A stretch of DNA of 63,260 nt, the filler included, from Octopus bimaculoides (Eukaryota), in assembly GCF_001194135.2 (NCBI RefSeq). It is 6 parts of 4 records of this genome, joined end to end, with 100 filler letters (N's around TTAATTAATTAA, not from the genome) between each part and the next. Parts side by side here need not be neighbours in the genome. Positions count along the whole stretch, not along the records: positions 19,715 to 37,345 come from NC_068997.1; positions 37,446 to 49,059 come from NC_069005.1; 4 more parts are not named here. One strand, written 5' to 3'. This document shows, in pieces, positions 26,206-38,329 of the stretch (position 1 is the first letter of the stretch; the number at the start of each line of letters is the position of its first letter). The notes under the pieces were generated by a model. That model made no database searches. It saw only the letters and a list, made by a program, of their open reading frames with translations, and had not been told where the DNA came from. The position numbers were made by a program, and so were the translations under genes.

Positions 26206-27158
26206 TGCTTATATCTATAAATCTTAATATTTTTGTATATGTGAAAGTGTGCATGTGTAAGTATACATAAAGTTGTCCTTGAATGAATGTGTGTATATTC
26301 ATATATTTATTTACTTAAATTACTTGAATGTTTTGTAAAACAACTGTTTCCTTCCATCATATCGAATCCTCTTCTATTATTTGTTAATTATATATATATA
26401 TATATATATATNNNNNNNNNNNNNNNNNNNNNNNNNNNNNNNNNNNNNNNNNNNNNNNNNNNNNNNNNNNNNNNNNNNNNNNNNNNNNNNNNNNNNNNNN
26501 NNNNNNNNNNNNNNNNNNNNNNNNNNNNNNNNNNNNNNNNNNNNNNNNNNNNNNNNNNNNNNNNNNNNNNNNNNNNNNNNNNNNNNNNNNNNNNNNNNNN
26601 NNNNNNNNNNNNNNNNNNNNNNNNNNNNNNNNNNNNNNNNNNNNNNNNNNNNNNNNNNNNNNNNNNNNNNNNNNNNNNNNNNNNNNNNNNNNNNNNNNNN
26701 NNNNNNNNNNNNNNNNNNNNNNNNNNNNNNNNNNNNNNNNNNNNNNNNNNNNNNNNNNNNNNNNNNNNNNNNNNNNNNNNNNNNNNNNNNNNNNNNNNNN
26801 NNNNNNNNNNNNNNNNNNNNNNNNNNNNNNNNNNNNNNNNNNNNNNNNNNNNNNNNNNNNNNNNNNNNNNNNNNNNNNNNNNNNNNNNNNNNNNNNNNNN
26901 NNNNNNNNNNNNNNNNNNNNNNNNNNNNNNNNNNNNNNNNNNNNNNNNNNNNNNNNNNNNNNNNNNNNNNNNNNNNNNNNNNNNNNNNNNNNNNNNNNNN
27001 NNNNNNNNNNNNNNNNNNNNNNNNNNNNNNNNNNNNNNNNNNNNNNNNNNNNNNNNNNNNNNNNNNNNNNNNNNNNNNNNNNNNNNNNNNNNNNNNNNNN
27101 NNNNNNNNNNNNNNNNNNNNNNNNNNNNNNNNNNNNNNNNNNNNNNNNNNNNNNNNNN

Positions 27159-27191
<33 letters not shown>

Positions 27192-27443
27192 CAGGACCAA
27201 GACTGATAAATTATTGTCATACTTCAGGTAGGTGAATGCATGTGTGTGTCTGTGTGTGCTTGAGTGTATGTGTGTTTGTGTGTGCATGTGCATGTGTGTG
27301 CTCATTCTTTTAATTAATGCCAGAGGCATCTTGCAACTTTCCTGCAGTTTCATCTTATCCTTCCTACTATCACTACTATTGATACCTCTACTGAACCTTA
27401 CCCTACCCGACCACAATCACCACCACCACCACACTCCGTTCGG

Positions 27444-27521
27444 TTACTCACTAAGCCTTCTTGCTGACATAGCGTGAAGACCAATTCTAGTTTCAGGTTT
27501 GATCTCTTCGACGAGGAGAGT
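27444..27521 (-). CDS. Candidate exon D: TLLVEEIKPETRIGLHAMSARRL, either terminal (..RRLSE*) or spliced at A|GTGAGT (27452)
   Basis: Strong GTTTTTGTTTCAG| acceptor, phase 0, open frame with coding-like composition. The donor overlaps an in-frame TAA at 27444-27446. Confidence 0.55.
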   Translation of the reverse strand, partial: TLLVEEIKPETRIGLHAMSARRLSE

Positions 27522-27989
27522 CTGAAACAAAAACCAGATATTTTAGCTTGGCTGGATTAAACTGCAACACACCATACCGTTCCCTCTGCAACTCTATCAA
27601 ATTAATAAATCTTAAGATAGGAAAGAAAGCTTCACAAAAGTAGTCTGCTGAACATTTTGTGGATTAGAATAATACTTGCAGATAATCTCCTAGTGACGCT
27701 CGTGTATAGAAATCTGACACCGATCATTACCATTGGAATTATTTCCAGATAGAAATCAAGCTTCAGTTAATTCCATTGCCCAAAAGTGCCAGTTCCAGAG
27801 AACTAAATACTCATATGAAATTCAGTAAGCCTTCATCGAATTCCATGCAATGTTGCAATGAAATGCTGGATCACAGGATTCCACAATAGCTGAACGACTC
27901 ACAGAACAGGACTTTGTAGCAAATAACGTATACACTTCTTTGCATTATTTTTCGGTTAGAAACATGCGTACATAATTATATACATATAA

Positions 27990-28029
<40 letters not shown>

Positions 28030-28285
28030 ATGGATGGATGGCTGGATGGCTGGATGGATGGATGGGCATATATGTATGCATATGTATGAATATATATGAA
28101 TCACACTGCTGAACAAGAAAATCGATACTCAGATACACGCATACAAACATATATATATATATACATATATATATAGGCTCGAAACGTAAAAGACTTTCTC
28201 ACTTCCCGAGGCGTTAAACTAATACATCTATCTGTTGTTTATACACCCGTCTTCGAGTTTTGTCTTTTTGTAAATTCTCACAATT

Positions 28286-28324
<39 letters not shown>

Positions 28325-29957
28325 NNNNNNNNNNNNNNNNNNNNNNNNNNNNNNNNNNNNNNNNNNNNNNNNNNNNNNNNNNNNNNNNNNNNNNNNNNNN
28401 NNNNNNNNNNNNNNNNNNNNNNNNNNNNNNNNNNNNNNNNNNNNNNNNNNNNNNNNNNNNNNNNNNNNNNNNNNNNNNNNNNNNNNNNNNNNNNNNNNNN
28501 NNNNNNNNNNNNNNNNNNNNNNNNNNNNNNNNNNNNNATATATATATATATATATATATTCATACACACACACATATACACATACATACATACATATATA
28601 CACATATATATGTATATATGTATATATGCGTATATATATATATTTATATATATATATATAAAGTGAGAGAGTTAGGGGTTGGGGGTACAACCCACTAAGG
28701 GATAGTATCTATCCAGTATACTGCTGATATATATATATATATATATTTATTATTTTGATTTCTTTCTTCCTACAATTTGTTCGTCAGAAAGAAAGGGTTA
28801 ATGTTAATTTAAGGTCCATTGATTGTCCCTGTTAAGTATAATGAAGAATTAACAGGTAGAATTATGATATCAACTCATTCCATGTTTGAAACCTTTAGAG
28901 GTCAAGCTGAAGACTTACTTTCCTGTGAATTTGTTCTTAATTAACCAAAATGTATAGCATAAAATATTTCCTAATTAATGTGGAACACACAGATTCAGAT
29001 CAATTTCTTCACTATTCCAATATGTCATGTTGTGATTAACAATATATCACTCTCTCCATTGATAATGAACAAGTCAATCATAAACTCTTAGTAAAAGTAA
29101 CATACTAGTTAAAAAAAAAACACAAACTGCGGAAATTATCAAAATAAACTAAACTATATTCACACATATTATCAATTCTTAAATGACGTTAACAAGTTTT
29201 GAGACGTAATATCCATAATTTAGTCGCAAGATGAATAATATTAACAATCCAAATAATATAATCTTGATTGTCTCCTCTAATCTTAGCACCAACTCATGAA
29301 ATATCGACAATTTATATTATATGTTTTAGATTTCAAGATTTGTTATTGTTTAAAATATTTAATAACTGGATGATTTATTAGAGTACTATGAGGTCATTTT
29401 TCTCAAATTTAATTTAGTGTTTTGAGCTTTCGTGTAATTCATCTTGATTTAAAAATGAACACATATCAAGTATTATTTCAGTACAAAACCGACAGATAGT
29501 ACAACTTGATTCATATATTAATCATAGCAAGATTAAACAAAATGAATAGCATTCATTCTTATATTGAGATGTGTTTGATATAAATACATATTTCACTGTA
29601 TGTATTTCGTTGACTCTCTATGCAATAAATTTAGCTTTACTTGCATTAGTTAACCTTGCTACAAATAGAGATCATGCTCCTCTAGTGAAAGATCAGTGTT
29701 TCATCCACCTGCTTAAGACTACAGGATTTGAGTTAAGCATAAACATTATGCATTCTTGAGGCTTGTGAAATATTTAACATAGGCAAACATGTTAGAATGA
29801 ATGTGCTTCAAGTAAAACATACAGTTAAGTGCGGCTTACATGTAAACGAAGGTGTTACTACCTTGTACCAATAGAAATTTTAGAAAATATACAGAAAAAA
29901 ATCCTTCACCTGAATAGCAATCATTCACTTACCAAAATGCTGCCAACATCAACTTAC

Positions 29958-29976
29958 AGGTGTTGACTTCTGTTTT
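29958..29976 (-). CDS. Candidate micro-exon C (19 nt): (R)KQKSTP
   Basis: GCTAATTCATAG| acceptor with CTAAT branch-like motif and CCT|GTAAGT donor. Phase 2 in, phase 0 out bridges exons B and D without a stop. Confidence 0.4.
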
Positions 29977-31532
29977 CTATGAATTAGCTAAGTTTTATAG
30001 TTGCATATTTGCTCTTCATCCAAACCTATCCCTCTATTCTCTTTCAATCACTTGTGTCTCCTCACTACAATCCTTTTTCTGTGTCTCCTCATTCCTTTTG
30101 TCCTTGGAACTGCACCTCTTGGACCTGGCATCCCGTTGAAGGGGAACTGTTGTGATCCCAGTCACGTTTATGCCATAAAAGCTGAGCAATCAGCTGCATG
30201 AGTCTTGGGGACACAAAACAGCTATGTCTAGAGGCCAATGATGATAAACCCTTTTGGAATTATCTCCCTGACCATGCTTTTCTTGAAAACATTGACTTTC
30301 ATTTACAACCAACTGAAAAAGCCTGGAAAAAGCATGAGAACTGCTCCTTCTGTGTTTGAATCAGTTCTTCTATTGATACCATCTAACTAAAATCAAAAGG
30401 ATTAAATTGCAAATATGAGACTGTCATCTAAACCTCAAGGGGCCTTTAAGAACTTGTGCTTTTCAGAAGTTCACTGATATAAAACTAATGAGACAAACTT
30501 CTCCCTGGATGAGAAAGCAATGATCTATCTCAGACAACATTTCCAAATGATCTTATAGTTTGATGCACTGAGTCACATAAAACTAAAAACTGTGCTTAAA
30601 TGAATGCTGAGGGTTTAATGTTAAAACTTTGATCAGGAAGGTCAATATCATTCTCACTTAATCAGTTGCTTTTATAGTTTGCTTTGTCAAAGCAAGAAAA
30701 ATATTAACCCTTTATTATTCAGATAATTTTGTCAAATGTAATATTCGTTCCTTTATATTGTTTTCAATTAATCTTATCGCTTAGAGATTTTGGTGAAGTG
30801 ATTTAAAAAAAAATTTAGAATGACATTGTAGGGATGAGGTGAGAGGTTGGATCTGGCAATTTCAACATAAAACAGAATCATATGGTTGGGAAGCAAACTG
30901 CTTACCACACAGCCACATTACAGGGTTTTTTTTTTGTTTTTGTTTTTGGAGAAGTGGGTCTGAAACTTTCGAAACTTTTATTTACTGTTGAAAGCTTGTG
31001 GTGGTAATAAGTTATTGATGTAACAGCAGATGTTAGCATCAGGGTTCAGGATGCAGATTTAAATGAATCCCTAAGTTATATACAGCCTTTTCATATCATT
31101 TCATCATTACTGGAAAACATTGGAATATGTTTAAGTGAAGATGGCATATGACACATAGGGTTCTTTTTTTAGGTGGTCATTACTTTATATTTTCATTTTT
31201 ATCCTTGTCACCAAAACACTGAAGAGATGCATTTGATTTAAATGAACTAGGTGTACGTGAAACATGATACTATCCCTCCACTAAGATAAATGAGGGGTAT
31301 AAATGATGCCACATGACGAATATCTTAGATTTAGACAATCCTAAGCTTAGTTGAAATAGTTATAACAGAATGCAAACACAGTTAGCCATTCAAATCCTAA
31401 TTCTTTTTCCTTTTATATTACACAAATTCTGTTTATTATCGAAAACAAACCACATCATTAAATACAGAATTTAGAACTATGCAGAGAAATATTAACTCAA
31501 CATGACTGGTATTGTATTATTTTCTCATTTAA

Positions 31533-31730
31533 AGGCAGCGAGCTGGCAGAAACGTTAGCATGCCGGGTGAAATGCTTAGCGGTATTTCGTCTGTTTTTAC
31601 ATTCTGAGTTTAAATTCTGCCGAGGTTGACTTTGTCCTTCATCCTTTCAAGGTCGATAAATTAAGTACCAGTTGTGTACTGGAGTCAATCCCCCAAAATC
31701 TCGAGCCTTGTACCTAGAGTAGAAAAGATT
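31533..31730 (+). mobile_element. SINE-A copy, partly CpG-decayed
   Basis: AAGGCAGCGAGCTGGCAGAAACGTTAGCATGCCGGGTGAAATGC...GTAGAAAAGATT. Confidence 0.85.
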
Positions 31731-31795
31731 ATTTTTTCATTTAGTTTTTTTTCTGTTTGGTCCATCATTATTTACTAAGGACTTCCTATCACTGG

Positions 31796-31867
<72 letters not shown>

Positions 31868-32039
31868 ATTTTGCAAGTGAAATGCTTTTTCCTTGTCCAC
31901 ACTCTTTCTTTACCTCAATAAAATGAAAGCTGGTTTTCAAAATTGTGATGAGAGAAGCAACAAATAAATGACACAATAATATCTACAACATCAATGCTGC
32001 AACGATTATGACAAAAAAAAAGCAGCAGCAACAGCAGCA

Positions 32040-32177
32040 ATAATGATGATGATGGTGGGGGGGCGGTGAATATGATGATGACACTATTACTACTACTAAT
32101 GATGATGGTGGTGGTGGTAGTGGTGATGATGATGATGATGACGACGACGATGACGATGACGATGATGATGGTGATGG

Positions 32178-32236
<59 letters not shown>

Positions 32237-32250
32237 GTGATGATGATAAT
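32040..32250 (+). repeat. (GAT/GGT/GAC)n compound microsatellite
   Basis: Direct reading. Confidence 0.95.
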
Positions 32251-32923
32251 CACAGCAACAATATTGTCTCAGATTATTGTTTGAGTTCACTCAAGAAATC
32301 TCAAGAACTATTGTTACAAAAACTCTATTAAACAACTTAGCATTTTTGAAGAAGGAGAGGAAGAAAAAGAAGAAAGCAAAAAAAACATTTTCAATTTGCC
32401 AAGAAAAATAATCCTTGATTTCAATGGTGGAGAAAATCCCAAAAGAAAAAAAAAAATGGAAAAAAAAAATCATGCAAAAGCAAAAACAAAAAAAAAGGAA
32501 ATTTTCATCAGGGTCTTAAAAGAATTTTGGTGGGAATTATTATGCCCCTGCTGTTATTTCAGTTGAGTCAGAAGGTACTTTATGACAGGGCAGCCATTCA
32601 CTTCAGGAAACCTAATTAGGAAAGACAGGGGCAGTATCCCTAGAGATATTGTGCGTTCTAGTTAAAGTTAAACAGAACAAAAAAAAAACATGTCTGTTCA
32701 GAACATTGAAATTGAGATAAACTCATTATTTTAATCAATGTTTTTGTAATGGAATTCATTTTCTAATTATATCTGTTTCGTAACTTATGTTTTCCAAATT
32801 CACAGCTGTAAATAATGCTTATTGGTGGTACCACTTAAAAATTATCAAAGTTAGGCTGGTTTCACCTCACACTTCTACGGTCTCTGATTCTTCACGCCCT
32901 TAAACCATACATACATACATACA

Positions 32924-32957
<34 letters not shown>

Positions 32958-33013
32958 CTTATATATATACATATATATGTATAAATATGTATGTATATAT
33001 ATATGTGTGTGTG

Positions 33014-33073
<60 letters not shown>

Positions 33074-33220
33074 TACACACACATACATACTTACACACAC
33101 ACACATGATTCTTAGGTTTCAAAATAAATATATAATTATTCACATATTGCACTCATTTAGTTTGACTATTTGATATTTGCATGCTTTTCTCCCCCTCCTA
33201 TGCGTCAATAATAATGCGAT

Positions 33221-33259
<39 letters not shown>

Positions 33260-33774
33260 AGAGAGAGAAAGAGAGAGAGAGTAAGAGAGAGAGAGTAAGA
33301 GAGAGAGAGAGAGAGTGAGAGAGTATAAAACTACGATTACAAACTCATGCTATGCAGATTGCTGGTTCAGAGGAGAATAGAAGACTAACTTGTAGTCAAT
33401 CTTCAAAAAAGCTTTCTTATTGGTCATTATTAAAAATTTTGGGGAGTTTTATTTTTATTCATTTATTTCTTTATTTGTTTGTTTGTTTTTTTTTGTTTGT
33501 TTTTTTTACAAAAGACAAGCCAAAGGAGAAAAAAAAAATGTCACTAGGTTTCAACTGGCATGATGCTGTTCAGTGTGACTGAACCAACCTTTGACGAAAC
33601 AGATGTTTTGACGAAGTCTGACAATTAACTCTTCTCCACTCAAATCATTACGTGTGACTTCTTTTTAAACATTTCAAAGAACAACAAACTGTTATTTTCT
33701 AATGTTCACATTTGCTGCAGACTACAACCATTTTTCTTTTTTTTTTTTTTTGGTCATGTCAACAGAAAAACAGA

Positions 33775-34189
33775 TATCGTCATCATCACCATCATCACCA
33801 TCGTCATCATCACCACCATCATCATCATTATTCTCATTGTCATCGTTATCATCATCGTCATCATCATTAACATCATCATCATCACCTAACCCTAACCCTA
33901 ACCCTAACCCATCATCACCATCACTATCACCGTCATCATCATCGTCATCATCATCCTCCTCACCCTCACCAGTATTATCATCATCATTATTCTCATCATC
34001 ATTGCTATTGTCATTATCATCACCATCACTGCCTTCGTCATCATAATTGTCACCATCACCACCATCATCATCACCATCATCACCATCACCACCATCATCA
34101 TCATCATCATTTTCACCATCACCACCTTCATCATCATCGTCAACATCATCATTATCATCATCGTCACCATCACCACCATCATCGTCGTC

Positions 34190-34221
<32 letters not shown>

Positions 34222-34245
34222 AATCACTATCATCACCACCACCAC
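33775..34245 (+). repeat. Degenerate (CAT)n array with embedded (CCTAAC)4
   Basis: Direct reading; telomere-type hexamers at 33885-33910. Confidence 0.95.
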
Positions 34246-34317
34246 ATTCGTTTAACATTTATCTTCCATGCAGGCATGAGTCGGACAAAGTAACAGAATC
34301 CATACATTCCCACTTAC

Positions 34318-34384
34318 CTTGTAAAGAGTGGAATTAAATGAATGTGTGAATTGTGGACAATCAGAGGAAAATATTCACTGACAG
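34318..34384 (-). CDS. Candidate internal exon B (67 nt): AVSEYFPLIVHNSHIHLIPLFTR
   Basis: TATTTATTAAAACAG| acceptor and perfect AAG|GTAAGT donor. Only one frame is open (phase 1 in, phase 2 out). Confidence 0.55.
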
Positions 34385-34407
34385 CTGTTTTAATAAATAT
34401 ATATTCT

Positions 34408-34495
34408 AAGGCAATGAGCTGGCAGAAACATTAGCACACCTGGCAAAATTCTTAGTGGCATTTCATCTGTCTTTACATTCTGAGTTCAAACACAG
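34408..34495 (+). mobile_element. SINE-A 5' part, fully CpG-decayed
   Basis: AGGCAATGAGCTGGCAGAAACATTAGCACACCTGGCAAAATTCTTAGTGGCATTTCATCTGTCTTTACATTCTGAGTTCAAA. Confidence 0.8.
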
Positions 34496-34610
34496 CCACA
34501 CCTGTGCCCATACCTGTCTATTATACAAACTGAAGTTTTTGTCTTTTTTTCTGAAGCATTTAAATTTGCCCTTTAAATAACATAATTCATAAAACTTATT
34601 CTTCCCTATT

Positions 34611-34647
<37 letters not shown>

Positions 34648-34658
34648 GTAGTTTTATA

Positions 34659-34876
34659 CTGTCAACTTAACGTGACAGTCCCAATAAGAGAATCATACTG
34701 CTGCTATTTAGCCCTAGGAAGCTGGACCGCTTCCTGCCGGCCTTGACACATTTCCTGTGCCCTTATGTTTATGAGGGGAGACAAGCACCTCCTCCCAGCC
34801 TAGCCTGCATTCAGGGACATGTTTCTGAGTCTTTGTCTATGATTCCCATATTGGGACTGTCACATTGAGTTGACAG
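34659..34876. mobile_element. MITE, Tc1/mariner-type (218 bp)
   Basis: TIRs CTGTCAACTTAACGTGACAGTCCCAAT / ATTGGGACTGTCACATTGAGTTGACAG (2 mismatches); TA on both sides. Confidence 0.85.
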
Positions 34877-34945
34877 TATACAACTGCCTTATCGTAACAC
34901 TGCTGCTTAAGTCTCGCTGAGAGATTTATAATTAGATCATTGCTA

Positions 34946-34989
<44 letters not shown>

Positions 34990-35974
34990 TAAAAATCAAA
35001 TTGAATTTTAAAAGATATATANNNNNNNNNNNNNNNNNNNNNNNNNNNNNNNNNNNNNNNNNNNNNNNNNNNNNNNNNNNNNNNNNNNNNNNNNNNNNNN
35101 NNNNNNNNNNNNNNNNNNNNNNNNNNNNNNNNNNNNNNNNNNNNNNNNNNNNNNNNNNNNNNNNNNNNNNNNNNNNNNNNNNNNNNNNNNNNNNNNNNNN
35201 NNNNNNNNNNNNNNNNNNNNNNNNNNNNNNNNNNNNNNNNNNNNNNNNNNNNNNNNNNNATATATATATGTATATATATATATATGCGAAGAAATGACTT
35301 CAAAAATATAGTAAAGTCTCAATCAAGTGCATAGTGTTACAGATATGAGTAGAAAAAGTATTGGCTGATAAATTATATGTCAATATAAAGCCATTAATAA
35401 ATATCTAATCAGAATGAAAATCATTCAGAAGAGTACACTCAACTGATTCCACTCTGGCTTCTATAAATCTTCTATAAATCTTCTACCTTTATTACCACAG
35501 TTCACAGCCTATAACCATCAGACGTCTGAAATTTAAGTAAAGAGAGAGACAGAGAGACAGAGACAGAGAGACAGAGAGATAATCCCTCAGCAGTTCAGAC
35601 GGTTTTAGACGAGACGAAATGATTGACTGTGTTCAGTTTAGTATCTGTCTTTCACTTGCATGTCTCCATAATCAATGTAAGTATCAATGATAGTTGAATA
35701 AGACATCAAAAGCTCATCTGTAACTAAAGCGTTTAGGTGATGTCCAAATGCTCCATCACCTACATCTATGCCGAGAGTACAAATTGATCAAACTATGCTG
35801 TCTAATAACAATAACAGAAACAACAGCTCGTTCATACTGAGCGTTACATAGTCTTTCTTTTTGTTGTTTGAGAAAGTTCCCTATAGAACTTATGCTCCTG
35901 CAAATCTGAGACTATAAATGTCCACAACTTTGTATTTTCATGCAAAGGACTGCTTTGTCTTTTCATAAACTCAC

Positions 35975-36003
35975 CTTTGCCGATATGCTGTGCTTGAGAA
36001 GAC
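35975..36003 (-). CDS. Candidate internal micro-exon A (29 nt) of an unidentified gene: xSSQAQHIGK
   Basis: TTGGCCTAACAG| acceptor with branch-like CTAAC and AAG|GTGAGT donor. Phase 2 in, phase 1 out, compatible with exon B. Confidence 0.5.
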
Positions 36004-36049
36004 CTGTTAGGCCAAGCGAAACCACAGTCTTCACTGATGCCAGTGTCAT

Positions 36050-36335
36050 GTAACTGGTACTCGTGCTGGTGGCATATAAAAAGCACCCTTTGAATGTTGG
36101 GGAATATGATGTGCTTAGGAAGACCTCTCAAGCCAAGAGAGATTGTAGTCATGGCCGATGCTGGTGTCATGTAGATGATACCCGTGCTGGTGGCATATAA
36201 AGTGCACCCACAACATTCTTCCAGTGGTTGGCTTTAAAAAGGATATCTAGCTGTATAAACCCTGCCAAATCAGATTTAAACCTGGTGCAGCTCCTCAGCA
36301 TATCAGTTTTCAGTCAAACCATCCAACCCATGTCG
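36050..36335 (-). mobile_element. SINE-D copy, degraded
   Basis: GTGCTGGTGGCATATAAA repeats, CTGCCAAATCAGAT..CCTGGTGCAGC..CAGTCAAACCATCCAACCCATG. Confidence 0.6.
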
Positions 36336-36612
36336 ATGATGATGACTGATTAATACCAACTAAAGATGGCTGACCTAGAATATAACTTTCAGAAAGAAAT
36401 TTAGTCAAGTGATGTTTGACATTATCAACAATAGCAATCATAAGATTTCTGATTTTAAAGATTTTGCAATGAAATTCTGGTATCATTTTAGAACAATTTT
36501 GGGAACTATTAATTATTAAAAACTAAAATTAGAACGAGGTTAATTTTTAAACAATTAATACCATCTTTTGTATTCTTTTTTAGTCTTGGTTATATAGATG
36601 AGCAAAATAATA

Positions 36613-36703
<91 letters not shown>

Positions 36704-36980
36704 CAGAGAGAGATTTCATCTTGTCAAAATATTTTAAAATTTTATGGTCTGAGTAGGAAATTTCCATATGCTGGCCATTTTTTTTTAGTTTAATTATTTT
36801 CATTTTTTGTTTTTTGAAATGGGAATGTCTATCTCTTGTGGAACATTGGAGAATAATCCATCCTTATTGTAGCAAAAGGTACAATCAGGAATTTTATTAC
36901 AAGGGACTTGCATACATTTACATATACTTAGTTAAATATAAATATTTTTACCATATTTTTACCATATTTTTACCATATAA

Positions 36981-37345
36981 AGAGAATGAATGGGAGAAAG
37001 AGAGCCTGCCTTATGTCGACCCAATAGAGGGACCAGCTATCCGAGTTGATAGTACCAGGGTAGATACAGCAATTAAGAGTATGAAGACCGGGAAAGCCCC
37101 CGGCCCATCAGAAATCACTGCAGAGATGCTCAAAATATCTGGCAGTGTTGGCTATAGCCTAGTCACCCGTATTACGAACCAGGTGATACACGAAGGAGTC
37201 ATACCCTATGACTGGTGTAGCAGCATCATAGTCAACTGCTACAAAGGTAAAGGGGACGCTTTAGATACAAATAATTACAGAGGCATCAAGCTGTTAGATC
37301 AGGTTATGAAAGTTACAGAGAGGGTCATAGCCCAACTAATTAGGG
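36981..37345 (+). mobile_element. RTE-clade LINE RT fragment
   Basis: AIKSMKTGKAPGPSEITAEMLK..IPYDWCSSIIVNCYKGKGDALDTNNYRGIKLLDQVMKVTER: RT domain 0-2 motifs; ends at a gap. Confidence 0.85.
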
Positions 37346-37597
37346 NNNNNNNNNNNNNNNNNNNNNNNNNNNNNNNNNNNNNNNNNNNNTTAATTAATTA
37401 ANNNNNNNNNNNNNNNNNNNNNNNNNNNNNNNNNNNNNNNNNNNNATATATATATACATTTATCAAAACATACACATGCACACATACATGTATATTCTGT
37501 GTTACTTTTTACGGCTCACGTAACATTGACTATCTTCTATTTTAATCACAATGTTTTGTACCATCTACGTTTTTAAACAGTACTTTTTCACATTTTG

Positions 37598-37663
<66 letters not shown>

Positions 37664-37916
37664 CTTTTATTATTGAAATTTAGATTAGCTCTCAGTGTAT
37701 TTTCGTTACACCTCTATGACATTGTCATGTTACAAGGTTATAGCTGCGTTTAATACTCATGTGACGAAGATTGTAATGAAAATATTCTGTGATATAAGGT
37801 ATCAATTTGATAGTTATAATAATAGTTATAAAAACTGCGAAATGTGAGATGGCACTGACACTCAGTGCATTTAAAACATCGGCAGTATTGTTGCGTACAA
37901 CGAAATAATTGAAGTG

Positions 37917-37917
<1 letters not shown>

Positions 37918-38003
<86 letters not shown>

Positions 38004-38070
38004 ACACATACACACATACACACACACACACACACATACACACATACACACACATTCATACTCACACACA
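37918..38070 (+). repeat. (CA)n microsatellite
   Basis: Direct reading. Confidence 0.95.
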
Positions 38071-38329
38071 TATGAATATAATCAAATGTGCGAGATGAAT
38101 ATAAATTTTTCTGACCATACAGCTTTCATAGGATTACGACTATTTCGCATTCTAGTATACATATTAATTTAATATTAACTTCAGATATTTGCATATATGC
38201 TTGCGTTATTATGCAATTGTATATTCACAAATTAATGCAAAGAAAAATGAATTTTTGATGTGGCCAGAATACAGTGGAGATCTTATGAGCTAACTTTCTT
38301 TCTTTGAGAACCTTTATTAGTGCTCACTC

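Noticed and set aside
27749-27824. Plus-strand exon-like IEIKLQLIPLPKSASSRELNTHMKF (also 24233-24293 and a 12-nt block near 32563)
   Set aside because: Weaker splice sites and no coherent in-phase chain; the minus-strand model explains the domain better.
32250-32570. Apparent acidic/basic ORF continuing from the (GAT)n tract
   Set aside because: On careful reading the frame hits TAA at about 32328; low complexity.
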